64,000 bases of DNA from Alphaproteobacteria bacterium. Its GTDB lineage: Bacteria; Pseudomonadota; Alphaproteobacteria; CAAHEQ01; UBA3637. A model generated the notes under the pieces. That model was not told the origin of the DNA and searched no databases. It was given only the letters and a program-made list of their open reading frames with translations. This document shows positions 1-9,732 of the stretch, piece by piece (the stretch's first letter is position 1; every line of letters begins with the position of its first letter). The DNA lies in contig JAZUQR010000008.1 of NCBI GenBank assembly GCA_045605805.1, positions 32,001 through 96,000 on the forward strand, written 5' to 3'. Both the position numbers and the translations under genes were made by a program.

Positions 1-1
1 C

Positions 2-715
2 TCTTGTTGCTCGGGTGCGTACTGGATCGCCTCGGCTTGCGACAAGATTATGGCGGCTGATACGGCTATCCTCGGTTCTATCGGGGTTGTGTCCATCTTT
101 GAAAAAGAGGACGAGAAAAAGACCATTGAGATTGTTTCCTCGCAAAGCCCGAACAAGCGGCCGGACGTGGAAACAGAAGAAGGGAAAGCCAAAATCCAGG
201 CTCATATTGATGCGCTGGCAGAGGTTTTCATCAATAAAGTTGCGATCCACAGGGATATATCGCCGAAAAGTGTCATCGAAAACTTCGGTGGCGGTGATGT
301 TTTTGTGGGCCAAAATGCTGTTCGGATCGGTCTGGCGGACAGTTTAGCTTCGTTTGAAGCCATCATCTCAGACCTTAACACTCAATCAACGGAGAAATCA
401 TTCATGAATGATACTTTAGAAAATCAAGCCGTTGACATCAAAGCACAGGAACGCGAGCGTATGTCTCAAGTTCTTTCTGCCGAAAATGTCAAAGGCAAGG
501 AAGCAACTGCTCAGGCATTGCTTGCCAAGACCGATTTGTCAGCATCTGACATCTTGGCCATTTTAGACACGGTGCCGGTTGCCAAACAAACCAATGCGCT
601 TGATGTGGCAATGGCACAAATCAAAAACCCGGCGATCACACCATCTGCCGAGGATAAAGAAGAAACACCCGAAGACGTTGCAAACCGCATCGCTTCTTAC
701 ACAATTGGAGGTTAA
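2..715 (+). CDS. Phage S49-family head maturation protease with C-terminal scaffold-like tail (5'-truncated by window)
   Basis: The frame is open from the window start and reads SCCSGAYWIASACDKI...ILGSIGV, the S49 catalytic Ser motif. Also A..IGLAD; lies directly upstream of decoration and capsid genes, as lambda C does. Confidence 0.85.
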   Translation, partial: SCCSGAYWIASACDKIMAADTAILGSIGVVSIFEKEDEKKTIEIVSSQSPNKRPDVETEEGKAKIQAHIDALAEVFINKVAIHRDISPKSVIENFGGGDVFVGQNAVRIGLADSLASFEAIISDLNTQSTEKSFMNDTLENQAVDIKAQERERMSQVLSAENVKGKEATAQALLAKTDLSASDILAILDTVPVAKQTNALDVAMAQIKNPAITPSAEDKEETPEDVANRIASYTIGG

Positions 716-718
716 CAC

Positions 719-1069
719 ATGACTGTACAAGGATTTACGGATCAAGGGTCCACAACCGCCGACAACTTATTGGCCGGCGAATTCCCTCGCGTTTCTGAAC
801 TTGCCACCATTACCGGCGGCAGTTACACACGAGGCACAGTATTAAAAGCATCAGGTGATGCTTTGACCATCTGTGGTGCATCTGACACTCCTGAAGCCAT
901 TTTGGCTGAGGCTGTTGATGCAACAAGCGAAGATAAACAAGCCGTCGTCTATTTAACCGGTGAGTTTAACTCCGCGGCTCTGACTGTGGCAAGCGGTGCT
1001 TCCGCTGACGGCTTAAAGGCCAAACTCAGAGCGAAAAACATCTTTATTAAAACAAATCAAGCATACTGA
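719..1069 (+). CDS. Head decoration protein (lambda gpD-like)
   Basis: 116 aa with AILAEAVDA...AVVYLTGEFN motif; lies between protease and major capsid gene; RBS GGAGG. Confidence 0.8.
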   Translation: MTVQGFTDQGSTTADNLLAGEFPRVSELATITGGSYTRGTVLKASGDALTICGASDTPEAILAEAVDATSEDKQAVVYLTGEFNSAALTVASGASADGLKAKLRAKNIFIKTNQAY

Positions 1070-1081
1070 AAGGAATAAATA

Positions 1082-2110
1082 ATGGATATTTTTTCTACAA
1101 ACGTGCTCGCAAAAGTCGTTGAACGTTTACACACGCCTTCGTCTTTCTTGCTCGACACCTTCTTCCCGAATGTGCAAACTTCGGATAAAGAAGAGATCTT
1201 TTTTGATGTAACGGACAGCAAGCCGCGCATCTCTCCGTTTGTTTCTCCACTTCTTCCCGGCAAGGTTGTTGATAGCGGTGGTTATCAGACCAAATCATTC
1301 AAGCCGGCTTATGTGAAAGACAAACGCCGCTTTGATGCAAACATTCCATACAAACGCGTTGCCGGTGAGATTATCGGCGGCTCGTTGGCTCCGGCTCAAC
1401 GCTATGAACGCGCTTTGGCCACAACTTTGACCGACCAGTTAGAAAACCTGACCCGTCGTGAAGAAGTCATGGCGGCCGAAATCTTAAGAACCGGACAAGT
1501 GATTGTTTCCGGCGATGGTTATCCGTCAACAACGGTTAACTTCGGTCGTGATGCGGCTCTGACCAAGGCCTTAACCGGTTCTGCCACATGGGAAACATCA
1601 TCGGTTAATCCAGTTGATGACCTGGAAGACTGGGCTGACTTAATCCAAAGCAAGTCCGGTGTGGTTGCTAAAACGGTCGTCATGGATCCTGAAGCTTGGA
1701 AAATCTTCCGCGCAAAGGACGATGTGAAGAAGTTCTTGGATTACCGCAGAGGCACTAATAACACTTTGCATATTGACCCGATCGTTCGTGGTGAGAACTC
1801 CAAAGTACGCTTTGTCGGCTCTATCGGTGACTTTGATATCTATGTTTATAATGACCTTTATATCAATGATGCCGGCGTTGAAAGCAAACTCTTGCCGGCC
1901 AAAACCGTCATCATGGGAGCCAAAGACGGACTTGAAGGAACCCGTTGCTATGGCGCGATCCACGATGAAAAAGCAAACTGGACAGCCCATCGCTACTTTA
2001 CGAAGTCATGGGTTGAGGAAGATCCATCGGTTCGTTGGCTGTTATTGCAGTCTGCGCCTTTGGTCGTTCCTTATCGTCCAAATGCTTCATTCTGTGCAAC
2101 CATTGGTTAG
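1082..2110 (+). CDS. Major capsid protein (lambda gpE family)
   Basis: 342 aa with FLLDTFFP, PFVSP, FKPAYVK, RREEVMAAE and C-terminal LLQSAPL motifs typical of phage major capsid E. Confidence 0.92.
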   Translation: MDIFSTNVLAKVVERLHTPSSFLLDTFFPNVQTSDKEEIFFDVTDSKPRISPFVSPLLPGKVVDSGGYQTKSFKPAYVKDKRRFDANIPYKRVAGEIIGGSLAPAQRYERALATTLTDQLENLTRREEVMAAEILRTGQVIVSGDGYPSTTVNFGRDAALTKALTGSATWETSSVNPVDDLEDWADLIQSKSGVVAKTVVMDPEAWKIFRAKDDVKKFLDYRRGTNNTLHIDPIVRGENSKVRFVGSIGDFDIYVYNDLYINDAGVESKLLPAKTVIMGAKDGLEGTRCYGAIHDEKANWTAHRYFTKSWVEEDPSVRWLLLQSAPLVVPYRPNASFCATIG

Positions 2111-2119
2111 GAGGTATAA

Positions 2120-2353
2120 ATGCGTATTAAGGCCTTGATTACATTAGTTGTATCTGCCGGCAGAGAAATTGCTCCCGGTAAGGAGTATGACCTGAACGAA
2201 GCAGATGCAAAAAGTCTGATAGAACGCGGTTTTGCAGTGCCTGTTAAAGGTGGCCAAAAGCCGGCAACACAGCCACAGCAACCACAGAAACCTGATGAAA
2301 CAGGAGGTAAAGATGACCCTTCCTCTCAAAAAGGCGGTGGACAGCCTGTTTAA
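2120..2353 (+). CDS. Small phage head-associated protein (FI-like position)
   Basis: 77 aa, RBS AGGAGG, directly after the capsid gene; EADAKSLIERGFA core plus low-complexity tail. Confidence 0.6.
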   Translation: MRIKALITLVVSAGREIAPGKEYDLNEADAKSLIERGFAVPVKGGQKPATQPQQPQKPDETGGKDDPSSQKGGGQPV

Positions 2354-2606
2354 TCGGTGCGGAACGATCGGGAATTATCAAGGACGAGAAGTCCTTTTTT
2401 TATTGATTGAACCGGACGAAGTTGTCGGTGTGGGTTTTGTTAAGGCTCACACCGATACGCATTTTATGAAGATACGGATTTCTGATGCGCCTGATTTAGC
2501 TGTCGGGGACACGATAGAAACAGATGCGGCAACTTATCGGGTGCATACGGAACCGGTCAAAGATATTCATAATCTAGTATGGAGTGTTGATGTGCTATGC
2601 AATTAA
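2313..2606 (+). CDS. Head-tail joining protein
   Basis: Start reassigned to ATG 2313 behind AGGAGGT; beta-rich, GDTIE..YRV motif; position in the head-tail module. Confidence 0.65.
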   Translation: MTLPLKKAVDSLFNRCGTIGNYQGREVLFLLIEPDEVVGVGFVKAHTDTHFMKIRISDAPDLAVGDTIETDAATYRVHTEPVKDIHNLVWSVDVLCN

Positions 2607-3172
2607 AACTTGCACTACAAGGGAAACTGTCTGATGTCATGGAAAAGCACTATTCAGAAGGTGCCAAGGCTGTGACGTTAGGAATATCGGCGGCAACGAA
2701 TGGACTTAAAACGTCTTTGCGTGAACAGGTCCGCTCGGCCGGTATGAGTTCCCGCATGGCCAACACTTGGCGCGGTGTCGTCTATCCGAAAGGAAAGCCG
2801 AGTATCAGCGCGGCCGGTCAGGTCTATTCTAATGCCGAAAAGATTATGCAGGGCTTTGAATACGCAAGCATTATCCGAGGCAAAAACGGTCTTTGGCTTG
2901 CCATTCCGACCGATGCAATCCCGAAAAAAGCACGCGGCAAACGCATGACACCGGGTCTTTATGAACAGATGAAAGGCGTGCGGCTACATTTTGTGTATCG
3001 CCGCAACGCCTGTTCTTTACTGGTGCATACCAAAAAGAAAAAGACGGTCATCGCCTTTATCTTGGTGCCGCAGGTCAAAATGCCGAAATTGATTAACTTT
3101 GCAACCGAAAGCGAGCGTTGGCAAGAAAAAGTGCCGAGCTTGATTTTAGAAAACTGGAGCGAAGATGAGTAA
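2597..3172 (+). CDS. Phage neck/tail-completion protein (DUF6441-like)
   Basis: Basic 191 aa with IRGKNGLWLAIPT and FILVPQVKMPK motifs as seen in alphaproteobacterial prophages; synteny. Confidence 0.6.
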   Translation: MQLKLALQGKLSDVMEKHYSEGAKAVTLGISAATNGLKTSLREQVRSAGMSSRMANTWRGVVYPKGKPSISAAGQVYSNAEKIMQGFEYASIIRGKNGLWLAIPTDAIPKKARGKRMTPGLYEQMKGVRLHFVYRRNACSLLVHTKKKKTVIAFILVPQVKMPKLINFATESERWQEKVPSLILENWSEDE

Positions 3173-3590
3173 AAGAGAAATCGTATTAAACGCTTTATTT
3201 GAAAGACTTTCTACACTTGATGTAACCGTTAAGCGAAACGACCTTCTGCCGCAGAAAATTCCTGATGGCGGTTTGGTTATTTTGCGCGATGGTAATGTCG
3301 GTGAGCCTGAGATTTTATTATCCCCGACTTGCTACATTTTCACACACCGGGCCGAATTGGAAGTCATTGTTCAAAAGGAAACACCGGCCGAGCGCGATCA
3401 GGCCTTGGACTGGCTGTTAGTGGAAATCGGTGAGCTTTTACAAGAGGATCCTCGCCTGGGCGGTGAAGTTGATTATATGCACGCGGATCCACCCGAGTTT
3501 GTGGAAGAACCGGTCGAAGGTGGCGTAACCATCAAAGGCGCAATCGTTCACATCGTTTTAGAATATACCTCAATTTCAAACTTAATTTAA
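3165..3590 (+). CDS. Tail terminator-like protein
   Basis: 141 aa, acidic, LRDG..GEPE and DPRLGG motifs; directly before the tail tube gene. Confidence 0.6.
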   Translation: MSKREIVLNALFERLSTLDVTVKRNDLLPQKIPDGGLVILRDGNVGEPEILLSPTCYIFTHRAELEVIVQKETPAERDQALDWLLVEIGELLQEDPRLGGEVDYMHADPPEFVEEPVEGGVTIKGAIVHIVLEYTSISNLI

Positions 3591-3604
3591 CAAAGGAGAC
3601 AATT

Positions 3605-4546
3605 ATGTCACGAGCATATGGCTGGAATGCCAAATTACTTATTGCTGAAGAAAGCACCTACGGCACTCTTTCTTCGGGACCTTATACCCAAGTGCCGTTT
3701 GCATCAAGCGCAATTGACAGCGAACAAGGGTTGATTTCTTCAAACGTTTTGGGACTTGGCCGCGACCCGACCACTCCGTTCCAAGATGTGATCAATGTTG
3801 AAGGTGACCTGGCTGTTCCGGTTGACCTCAGAAACATCGGAATTTGGCTGAAAGCTGTCTTCGGTACACCCACAACGACGGCAGGAACAGGCTTTGTCAT
3901 GCATACATTTGAAAGCGGAAAGACCTCTTTGCCGAGTTATTCCCTGGAATTAGGCCTAGCCGAAGTTCCGGAATTCATCCGGTTCCTTGGCGCACGTGCC
4001 AATTCTATCGCCTTTAACTTCGCCCGATCCGGTGAAGCACAGGCCACAGTTTCATTAATGGCACAAAGTGAAACCGCCGCTGGAACCTCTATCTCAGAGG
4101 AACCTGTGGTTAAAGATTACACCCGGTTTTCACAGTTCCAAGGCTACATCAAGTCCTTTGGCCAAACGTTGGCTAATGTGACTAGTGCCTCGGTTACCTA
4201 TTCAAATAACCTTGAAAAAATTGAAACGATCCGAAGCGATGGTAAAGTTGAAGCCATTGACCTCGGAGTTGCTTCCTTGTCCGGTTCGATTGCGGTCCGT
4301 TACGGCGATAATGCTCTGATGGATAAAGCGCGCGCCGGAATTCCTATTGATTTGGAACTGGGATATCAACTGTCCAACACACAAAGATTGCTTATCACTT
4401 GCCACGAAGTCTATTTGCCAAAGCCGAAACGTTCTATTTCAGGCCCTGGTGGCATTGAGTGCACTTATGATTTCCAAGGTGCAAAGAATGCGGAACTCGG
4501 CAAAATGGTAACCGTTCAATTGATTAACGATGTGGAGGAATACTAA
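3605..4546 (+). CDS. Phage tail tube (major tail) protein
   Basis: 313 aa; E.TYG, LGLGRDP, HTFESG..LPSYSLE, NNLE and PKRSISGPGGI motifs; synteny. Confidence 0.8.
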   Translation: MSRAYGWNAKLLIAEESTYGTLSSGPYTQVPFASSAIDSEQGLISSNVLGLGRDPTTPFQDVINVEGDLAVPVDLRNIGIWLKAVFGTPTTTAGTGFVMHTFESGKTSLPSYSLELGLAEVPEFIRFLGARANSIAFNFARSGEAQATVSLMAQSETAAGTSISEEPVVKDYTRFSQFQGYIKSFGQTLANVTSASVTYSNNLEKIETIRSDGKVEAIDLGVASLSGSIAVRYGDNALMDKARAGIPIDLELGYQLSNTQRLLITCHEVYLPKPKRSISGPGGIECTYDFQGAKNAELGKMVTVQLINDVEEY

Positions 4547-5082
4547 TGTTAAAGTTGAAGTTTAAGAATGAGCCTTATTGGTTGGATTTGGGAATGGGTG
4601 TCCGGGTTAAAGTCAAACCCTGTACATCTTCGGTCTTTTATGAGGCAAAAGCCTTTATGAATTCTAAGGTAGCCGAGGTAGCAAAACGCTTAAAAGACGT
4701 GCGCGAAAACGGTGCCAAAGATAAAGATTTGCCTGATTTAGAGGACATCACAAAGCGCGAAGCCTATGCAGATCACCAACTGATTTTAGGCCTTGCGCTG
4801 GCGGGCATTATTGAATGGGACGGCATTTTAGAGGCCGACACCGATGAAAAAGCACCGCTGACACCGGCCAAAATTGAGGAACTCTTCACGAACTTTTGGA
4901 GTATCGCCGAAACATTCAGGCAACAGTATTGCGGCATTCAAGAAATACTCGAGGCCGAAAAAAACGCATATACGCCCGAGCAAAGTGGCACTTCGGCTCC
5001 GGGCGAAACTACTGCCAAGGATGCGGTGAAGACGAAATCAACTGTCCCTTCTACAGATGCCGATACGTCGAAACAGCCTTAA
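4546..5082 (+). CDS. Tail assembly chaperone (gpG-like)
   Basis: Lies between the tail tube and tape measure genes; contains EAEKN with a slippery A AAA AAC heptamer. Confidence 0.75.
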   Translation: MLKLKFKNEPYWLDLGMGVRVKVKPCTSSVFYEAKAFMNSKVAEVAKRLKDVRENGAKDKDLPDLEDITKREAYADHQLILGLALAGIIEWDGILEADTDEKAPLTPAKIEELFTNFWSIAETFRQQYCGIQEILEAEKNAYTPEQSGTSAPGETTAKDAVKTKSTVPSTDADTSKQP

Positions 5083-5273
5083 ACACCGTAGAAGGACATC
5101 AGGCTTGGGAGGTTTTGCTTAAACTTTCTGAGCCTGACCTTGGTGTCGCGCTGACGGTGGCAGATAATTTGGGATTAAAAAGTGAAATCATGACGGAGTT
5201 ATTGTCCGTTGGCATACAAGGTATAAAGGCAGGATTAAATGAACACAGCGAAAAAACTTTCAATCAGACTTGA
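4959..5273 (+). CDS. -1 frameshift extension of the tail chaperone (gpGT-like)
   Basis: A AAA AAC at 4959-4965 matches X XXY YYZ; the -1 frame (ORF 4896..5273) is open to 5273 and reads KKRIYARAKWHFG..YC..C...CP. Confidence 0.7.
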   Translation, partial: KKRIYARAKWHFGSGRNYCQGCGEDEINCPFYRCRYVETALNTVEGHQAWEVLLKLSEPDLGVALTVADNLGLKSEIMTELLSVGIQGIKAGLNEHSEKTFNQT

Positions 5274-7884
5274 AGCGGTGGGCGGCGACAAGGTCCGGCA
5301 AGAGTTCAAGAACATTGGCTCGGACGGACAAAAAGCCTTTCAGCGGATAACTCAGGTCATCACACCGGCAAACGATAACTTAAAGGTCTTGGACAACACA
5401 GCCAAGGCCTTTAATAATACCCTCAAACAGGCGGCATCGTTGGCCGGAGCATACTTCGGGTTACGCGGACTGACATCAGCATTCAAAGGTATTGTGCAGA
5501 CAAACAAAGAGTTTGAAAGCCTGATTGGGTCCTTAAAAACGGTGACCGGTTCGGCCAAAGGTGCTCAAGAAGCCTTTTCAATGATCGAAAAGTTTGCGCT
5601 GGACACGCCGTATCAGCTGGAAGAGATTATTGAGGCTTTTACCCGGTTAAAGGCACTGGGCCTTGATGCCACATCTGAAGCCTTAACATCATACGGAAAT
5701 ACCGCTTCGGCGTTTGGTAAAAACATCTTGGACTTTACGAATGCTGTCTCTTCGGCGGTGATGCTGAACTTCAAATCGCTCCGTACCTTTGGTATTCAAA
5801 CCCAGGTCGAGGGCGATAAAGTCCGGTTTACATTCCAAGGGATAACGACTACTGTTGGCAAAAGTGCACAAGAAATTGAAGCCTACCTCAAATCCATCGG
5901 CCTTGTGAACTTCGGCGGTGCGATGAAAGAACAAATGGACACGATGGGCGGTGCCATGTCCAACATTCAGGATGCTATCAGCAAACTCATTCGGTCCATT
6001 GGCGAAAACGGTCTGAACAAAGCCTTAAAAGAGACATTTTTGCAGTTTAACGAGTTGTTAGACGGCTCTGGTGAAGCGGCACAAGCCATTGGCCAAACCT
6101 TGGCGGCGGCTGTTAATGTTGCCAGCAAGGCCTTTTTTACAATGGCCAAATACATTGAGCCGATCATCACACTCTTAACCGTCCGGTTGGGCGCGAGCCT
6201 GATTACCAAGGGAATAGACCTGTTAAAAGCAAGTGTTTATGCCTTAAATGTTGCGCTCATGGGAACCGGAACCGCCGGAGCCTCAGCCACGCTTGGCCTT
6301 AAAATGATGTGGCAAGTTTCCAAAGTGGCCGCAGTTCAAATGTATGCAACAGCGGTGGCGGCTAAAGTTTTGGCCGGTGCCGTTGGCCTTTTGAAAGGAA
6401 TAATGGCACTTCTTGGTGGTCCGGCCGGTTTAATTTTGCTTGTCGTTTATGGTCTTTATAAGCTCATTGACAGTCATAATGTGGCCAAACGCGCGGCAAA
6501 GGATCACGCGGACACCCTGGCAAAGCTCAAGGAACAGATGGCCGAAACGGTCAAAGAAACAACCAACCTTGTGAACGCTCAGACCAAAAATCAAGCTATT
6601 GCCGAATGGTCCTATAAGTTAAAGGTGGCCGAAAAGAATATCCGCGATCTGAAGGAAGAATTGAAAGCAACGGGCGGACTTTCCATGTGGGACCGCTACC
6701 GACCGGATTTCTTAATGAAGGAACACGAGATTTTTGCTAAGGAGTTGGCAGAAATTCTAAGCGAGTCAAAGTATAACCTTCAGGAATATGAACGAGAGAT
6801 TTGGAACTTAGCCTCTGAATATCCGGACTTTAAACCACAGGCGGACAAGATCCAAGAAAAACTTTTGCTCTTAAAGGCCGCCGAGATAGATGCACAAAAG
6901 GCTCGTGACGAGTTAAAGTATATTCAAAATCCGGAACTAAGACCTAAAACCGAAACGCCGGAAGCTCTAAAACCACCAGTTCTGCCAAAAACTGACACAT
7001 CAGCTTACGAAAAGACCATTGAGGACATCAAGCAAAAGGTCTTTGAATTGCAGGATCCTTATGATCAGGCCATGCAAAAAGCGGCCAAATGGCGTGATGA
7101 TGCACTTAAAAACTTGGATAAAACCAAAGCCGGCTACGAGGATTTCAAAAACGATGTGAACCGAGTTTATGACGACATGGTCAAAAAAGCCGGTGAAGCC
7201 GCTCTTCAAAGTTCAAAGGACTGGAAGGACGGCGTAACCCGAGGAATGAAGAGTGTTTATGATGATGCCTCGGATATGGCTTCAATGACCGAAAGCCTGG
7301 TTAAAAGTTCGTTCAAGTCAATGGAAGATACACTGACAAACTTTGTTATGACCGGGAAAGCGAACTTTGGAGACTTTGTTAACTCAGTTGTCGAGGGAAT
7401 GGTCCGAATGGCCATGCAATACGCTGTGATCAAACCGATCATGGGTGGCGTGATGGCTTACTTCGGTGTCCCGACAGCACATACAGGAGGTGTCATTGGT
7501 ACGGATACTTTATCTACTAAGGTTATTAGTCCAAGTGTTTTTGAAAATGCTCCCCGTTTTCATACCGGGGGCTTGGTCGGCGGCGAAGTCCCGATTATCG
7601 CGCAAAAAGGTGAAACGGTATTCACGCCGGGACAGATGAAAGCACTCGGAGCTGAACTCAATTCTAAACCGCCGGTTTACGTCAATGTGAATGTTGTCAA
7701 TAAGGCATCAGGCGCAAAAGCAACCGCAAATCCGACACGCGACCTGAACGGAAATGTCAACCTGGACATCATCGTTGAGCAGATCGAAGGTGCCATTGGT
7801 AAAAACATCAGTAAAGGTGAAGGTTTATCGCCTATCTTGGAACAAAGATATGCCTTAAACCCCGCCTATGGGAGTTATAGATGA
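5239..7884 (+). CDS. Tape measure protein
   Basis: 881 aa, Ala/Gly/Lys-rich and helical; TPYQLEEI tape-measure motif; C-terminal FHTGGLV..GEVPIIAQKGE. Confidence 0.9.
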   Translation: MNTAKKLSIRLEAVGGDKVRQEFKNIGSDGQKAFQRITQVITPANDNLKVLDNTAKAFNNTLKQAASLAGAYFGLRGLTSAFKGIVQTNKEFESLIGSLKTVTGSAKGAQEAFSMIEKFALDTPYQLEEIIEAFTRLKALGLDATSEALTSYGNTASAFGKNILDFTNAVSSAVMLNFKSLRTFGIQTQVEGDKVRFTFQGITTTVGKSAQEIEAYLKSIGLVNFGGAMKEQMDTMGGAMSNIQDAISKLIRSIGENGLNKALKETFLQFNELLDGSGEAAQAIGQTLAAAVNVASKAFFTMAKYIEPIITLLTVRLGASLITKGIDLLKASVYALNVALMGTGTAGASATLGLKMMWQVSKVAAVQMYATAVAAKVLAGAVGLLKGIMALLGGPAGLILLVVYGLYKLIDSHNVAKRAAKDHADTLAKLKEQMAETVKETTNLVNAQTKNQAIAEWSYKLKVAEKNIRDLKEELKATGGLSMWDRYRPDFLMKEHEIFAKELAEILSESKYNLQEYEREIWNLASEYPDFKPQADKIQEKLLLLKAAEIDAQKARDELKYIQNPELRPKTETPEALKPPVLPKTDTSAYEKTIEDIKQKVFELQDPYDQAMQKAAKWRDDALKNLDKTKAGYEDFKNDVNRVYDDMVKKAGEAALQSSKDWKDGVTRGMKSVYDDASDMASMTESLVKSSFKSMEDTLTNFVMTGKANFGDFVNSVVEGMVRMAMQYAVIKPIMGGVMAYFGVPTAHTGGVIGTDTLSTKVISPSVFENAPRFHTGGLVGGEVPIIAQKGETVFTPGQMKALGAELNSKPPVYVNVNVVNKASGAKATANPTRDLNGNVNLDIIVEQIEGAIGKNISKGEGLSPILEQRYALNPAYGSYR

Positions 7885-8357
7885 GCGTTTATTTTCCACC
7901 ACATTTACCTTACCCGACCGTTGAAAACTACTCAATTAAACCGGGTGAAGCAATTATCCGGACAGATATGGAAGCTGGTCCGGCACGTCAAAGGCGGCGT
8001 TACACTCAAACGCCGTCTAAAATTTCTGTGCGTTGGCTGATGAACCCGGACCAATTCTGCATCTTTGAAGCCTGGTATAAATACCATGCCAAAGAAGGTG
8101 GCGAATGGTTCTACATCACACTTTTAGGCGGTATGGGCCTGAGTAACCAAGAGGCCCGCTTTACACAACAATTTGAAGCCAAACTCTTAAACGGCTATTT
8201 GTGGGAAATTACGACCGAGCTTGAAATTCGTGACCGTCCGACTTTGACCGAGGATGCGATGGCGATCGTTATGGATAACGATTACAACAAACTGCTTAAA
8301 ACGTGCGACCGGCTCCATATTTTGGTTCATCGGACGCTTCCAATCAATTTAAATTAA
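7881..8357 (+). CDS. Distal/minor tail protein
   Basis: IRTDMEAGPARQRRR motif; directly follows the tape measure gene. Confidence 0.7.
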   Translation: MSVYFPPHLPYPTVENYSIKPGEAIIRTDMEAGPARQRRRYTQTPSKISVRWLMNPDQFCIFEAWYKYHAKEGGEWFYITLLGGMGLSNQEARFTQQFEAKLLNGYLWEITTELEIRDRPTLTEDAMAIVMDNDYNKLLKTCDRLHILVHRTLPINLN

Positions 8358-8370
8358 GAAAGGACACAAA

Positions 8371-9477
8371 ATGCCAAATATGCAAGAGCGGCTGGAAACA
8401 GCCATTGAGAGGACTGAAACAGATTCCTCGCTATTTCATGACATGGTGCATGGGACCGATACAGAAACGGTAACAACCGAAAACGGCGAAGTTCCGACAG
8501 TTGCAAAGGCTCTTAAAGATGTGCGAGACGAGCTGTACGGACAGACTTCAAGCCTGGTCAATATGGCACAAGCGGCGGCAAGCGATGCGGCGAACTCCGT
8601 TTTGCTTGCTCAGGCTGAAGTCCAAAATGCCAAGGCCGAAGTCGTCAACACACGTCAGGAAGGTCAAAGAGCAAAGGAAGAACTCGAAGCCGCCGGTGCC
8701 AATTTCATTTCGCTTGCGCAGGCTGAAGTGGCAAATGCTCAGGCTGAGGTTGTGAACGCACAATTAGAGGTTCAAAAAGCTAAAGATGAAGTCGAAAACG
8801 CAAAGGCTGAAGTGCAAAACGCCAAAAATGAGGTGCTGAACGCTAAAGCAGAAGTGGTCAACGCTCAAACAGAGGTCGCCAATGCTCACACCGAATTTTT
8901 GAATGCACAAGGTGAAGTGGCCAAAGCGGCTCAGGAAGTCGTCAAAGCCAAGGCCGAAGTGGCAAATGCGCAAGCCGAGGTTATCAATGCACAAACGGAA
9001 GTTCAAAACGCAAAAGATGAAGTCGATAATGCAAAAGCCGAGGTACAGAACGCAAAGGCAGAGGTTCAAAACGCTAAAGCCGAAGTAGAAAAAGCGCGGA
9101 TTTGGTCTGAAGGAACAGATACGGAAGTTTCGGGCCAAGGCGGAACGCACTCTTGCCGAGAATGGGTGAATTTGGCCCGTCAGGCAACCGTTGGTAGTTT
9201 TCCAATGTCAAAAACAGGTATCGCTACGGCAAACCAAACAAACTTGCCGCTTAACCTCAGCACACCGCTAAACAGTGATGAACAAATTCTGTGCGTTATC
9301 GTAGAAAACACAGCACTTCTTCCGGAAAACTATACGTTGGCGGCTGGCGGACAAGCAGTTGTTCTTGCCAATCCGTTATCAGCCGGCGAGCGATGGTGCG
9401 TGAAATGCTTGTACGACCTGCAATCCATGGGCGGCGTTATCGACTGTGTAGTTTATGAAGTAGAAGGAGATGCTTAA
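8371..9477 (+). CDS. Virion-associated coiled-coil protein with heptad repeats (putative fibre stalk)
   Basis: N-terminal TVTTENGEVPTVAK tail-attachment-like motif followed by a long run of A(K/Q)xEVxN heptads. Confidence 0.6.
   Translation: MPNMQERLETAIERTETDSSLFHDMVHGTDTETVTTENGEVPTVAKALKDVRDELYGQTSSLVNMAQAAASDAANSVLLAQAEVQNAKAEVVNTRQEGQRAKEELEAAGANFISLAQAEVANAQAEVVNAQLEVQKAKDEVENAKAEVQNAKNEVLNAKAEVVNAQTEVANAHTEFLNAQGEVAKAAQEVVKAKAEVANAQAEVINAQTEVQNAKDEVDNAKAEVQNAKAEVQNAKAEVEKARIWSEGTDTEVSGQGGTHSCREWVNLARQATVGSFPMSKTGIATANQTNLPLNLSTPLNSDEQILCVIVENTALLPENYTLAAGGQAVVLANPLSAGERWCVKCLYDLQSMGGVIDCVVYEVEGDA
8608..9093 (+). repeat. Degenerate 21-bp (7-aa) tandem repeat array
   Basis: Repeated AQAEVQN/AKAEVVN/AKDEVEN units; about 20 copies with one interruption. 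Confidence 0.8.
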
Positions 9478-9710
9478 TGACCGATACCAGTAAAATTCCG
9501 GCATCAAGATTTTCTAACGAAAGTTTTGATGTCACACCGCAATCAGGCAGTTCCAATGTTATTTCTTCGGGGGCCGTTTTTGATGCCCTTAAGGATAAGT
9601 TGGGAAAGACTGATACAGCTGCCAAGGCAACTGCCGATGCCGATGGCAATATTATCAACCAAACGTATGCAAAATTGAGCGACATAATCACTTTTGAATA
9701 CGAAGATTAA
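9477..9710 (+). CDS. Short tail-fibre-module protein
   Basis: 77 aa; shares PxSGSSNxISSGAV and TAAKATADAxGN motifs with the next two genes. Confidence 0.6.
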   Translation: MTDTSKIPASRFSNESFDVTPQSGSSNVISSGAVFDALKDKLGKTDTAAKATADADGNIINQTYAKLSDIITFEYED

Positions 9711-9732
9711 CTTTAAGAAAGGAAAATTTAAC

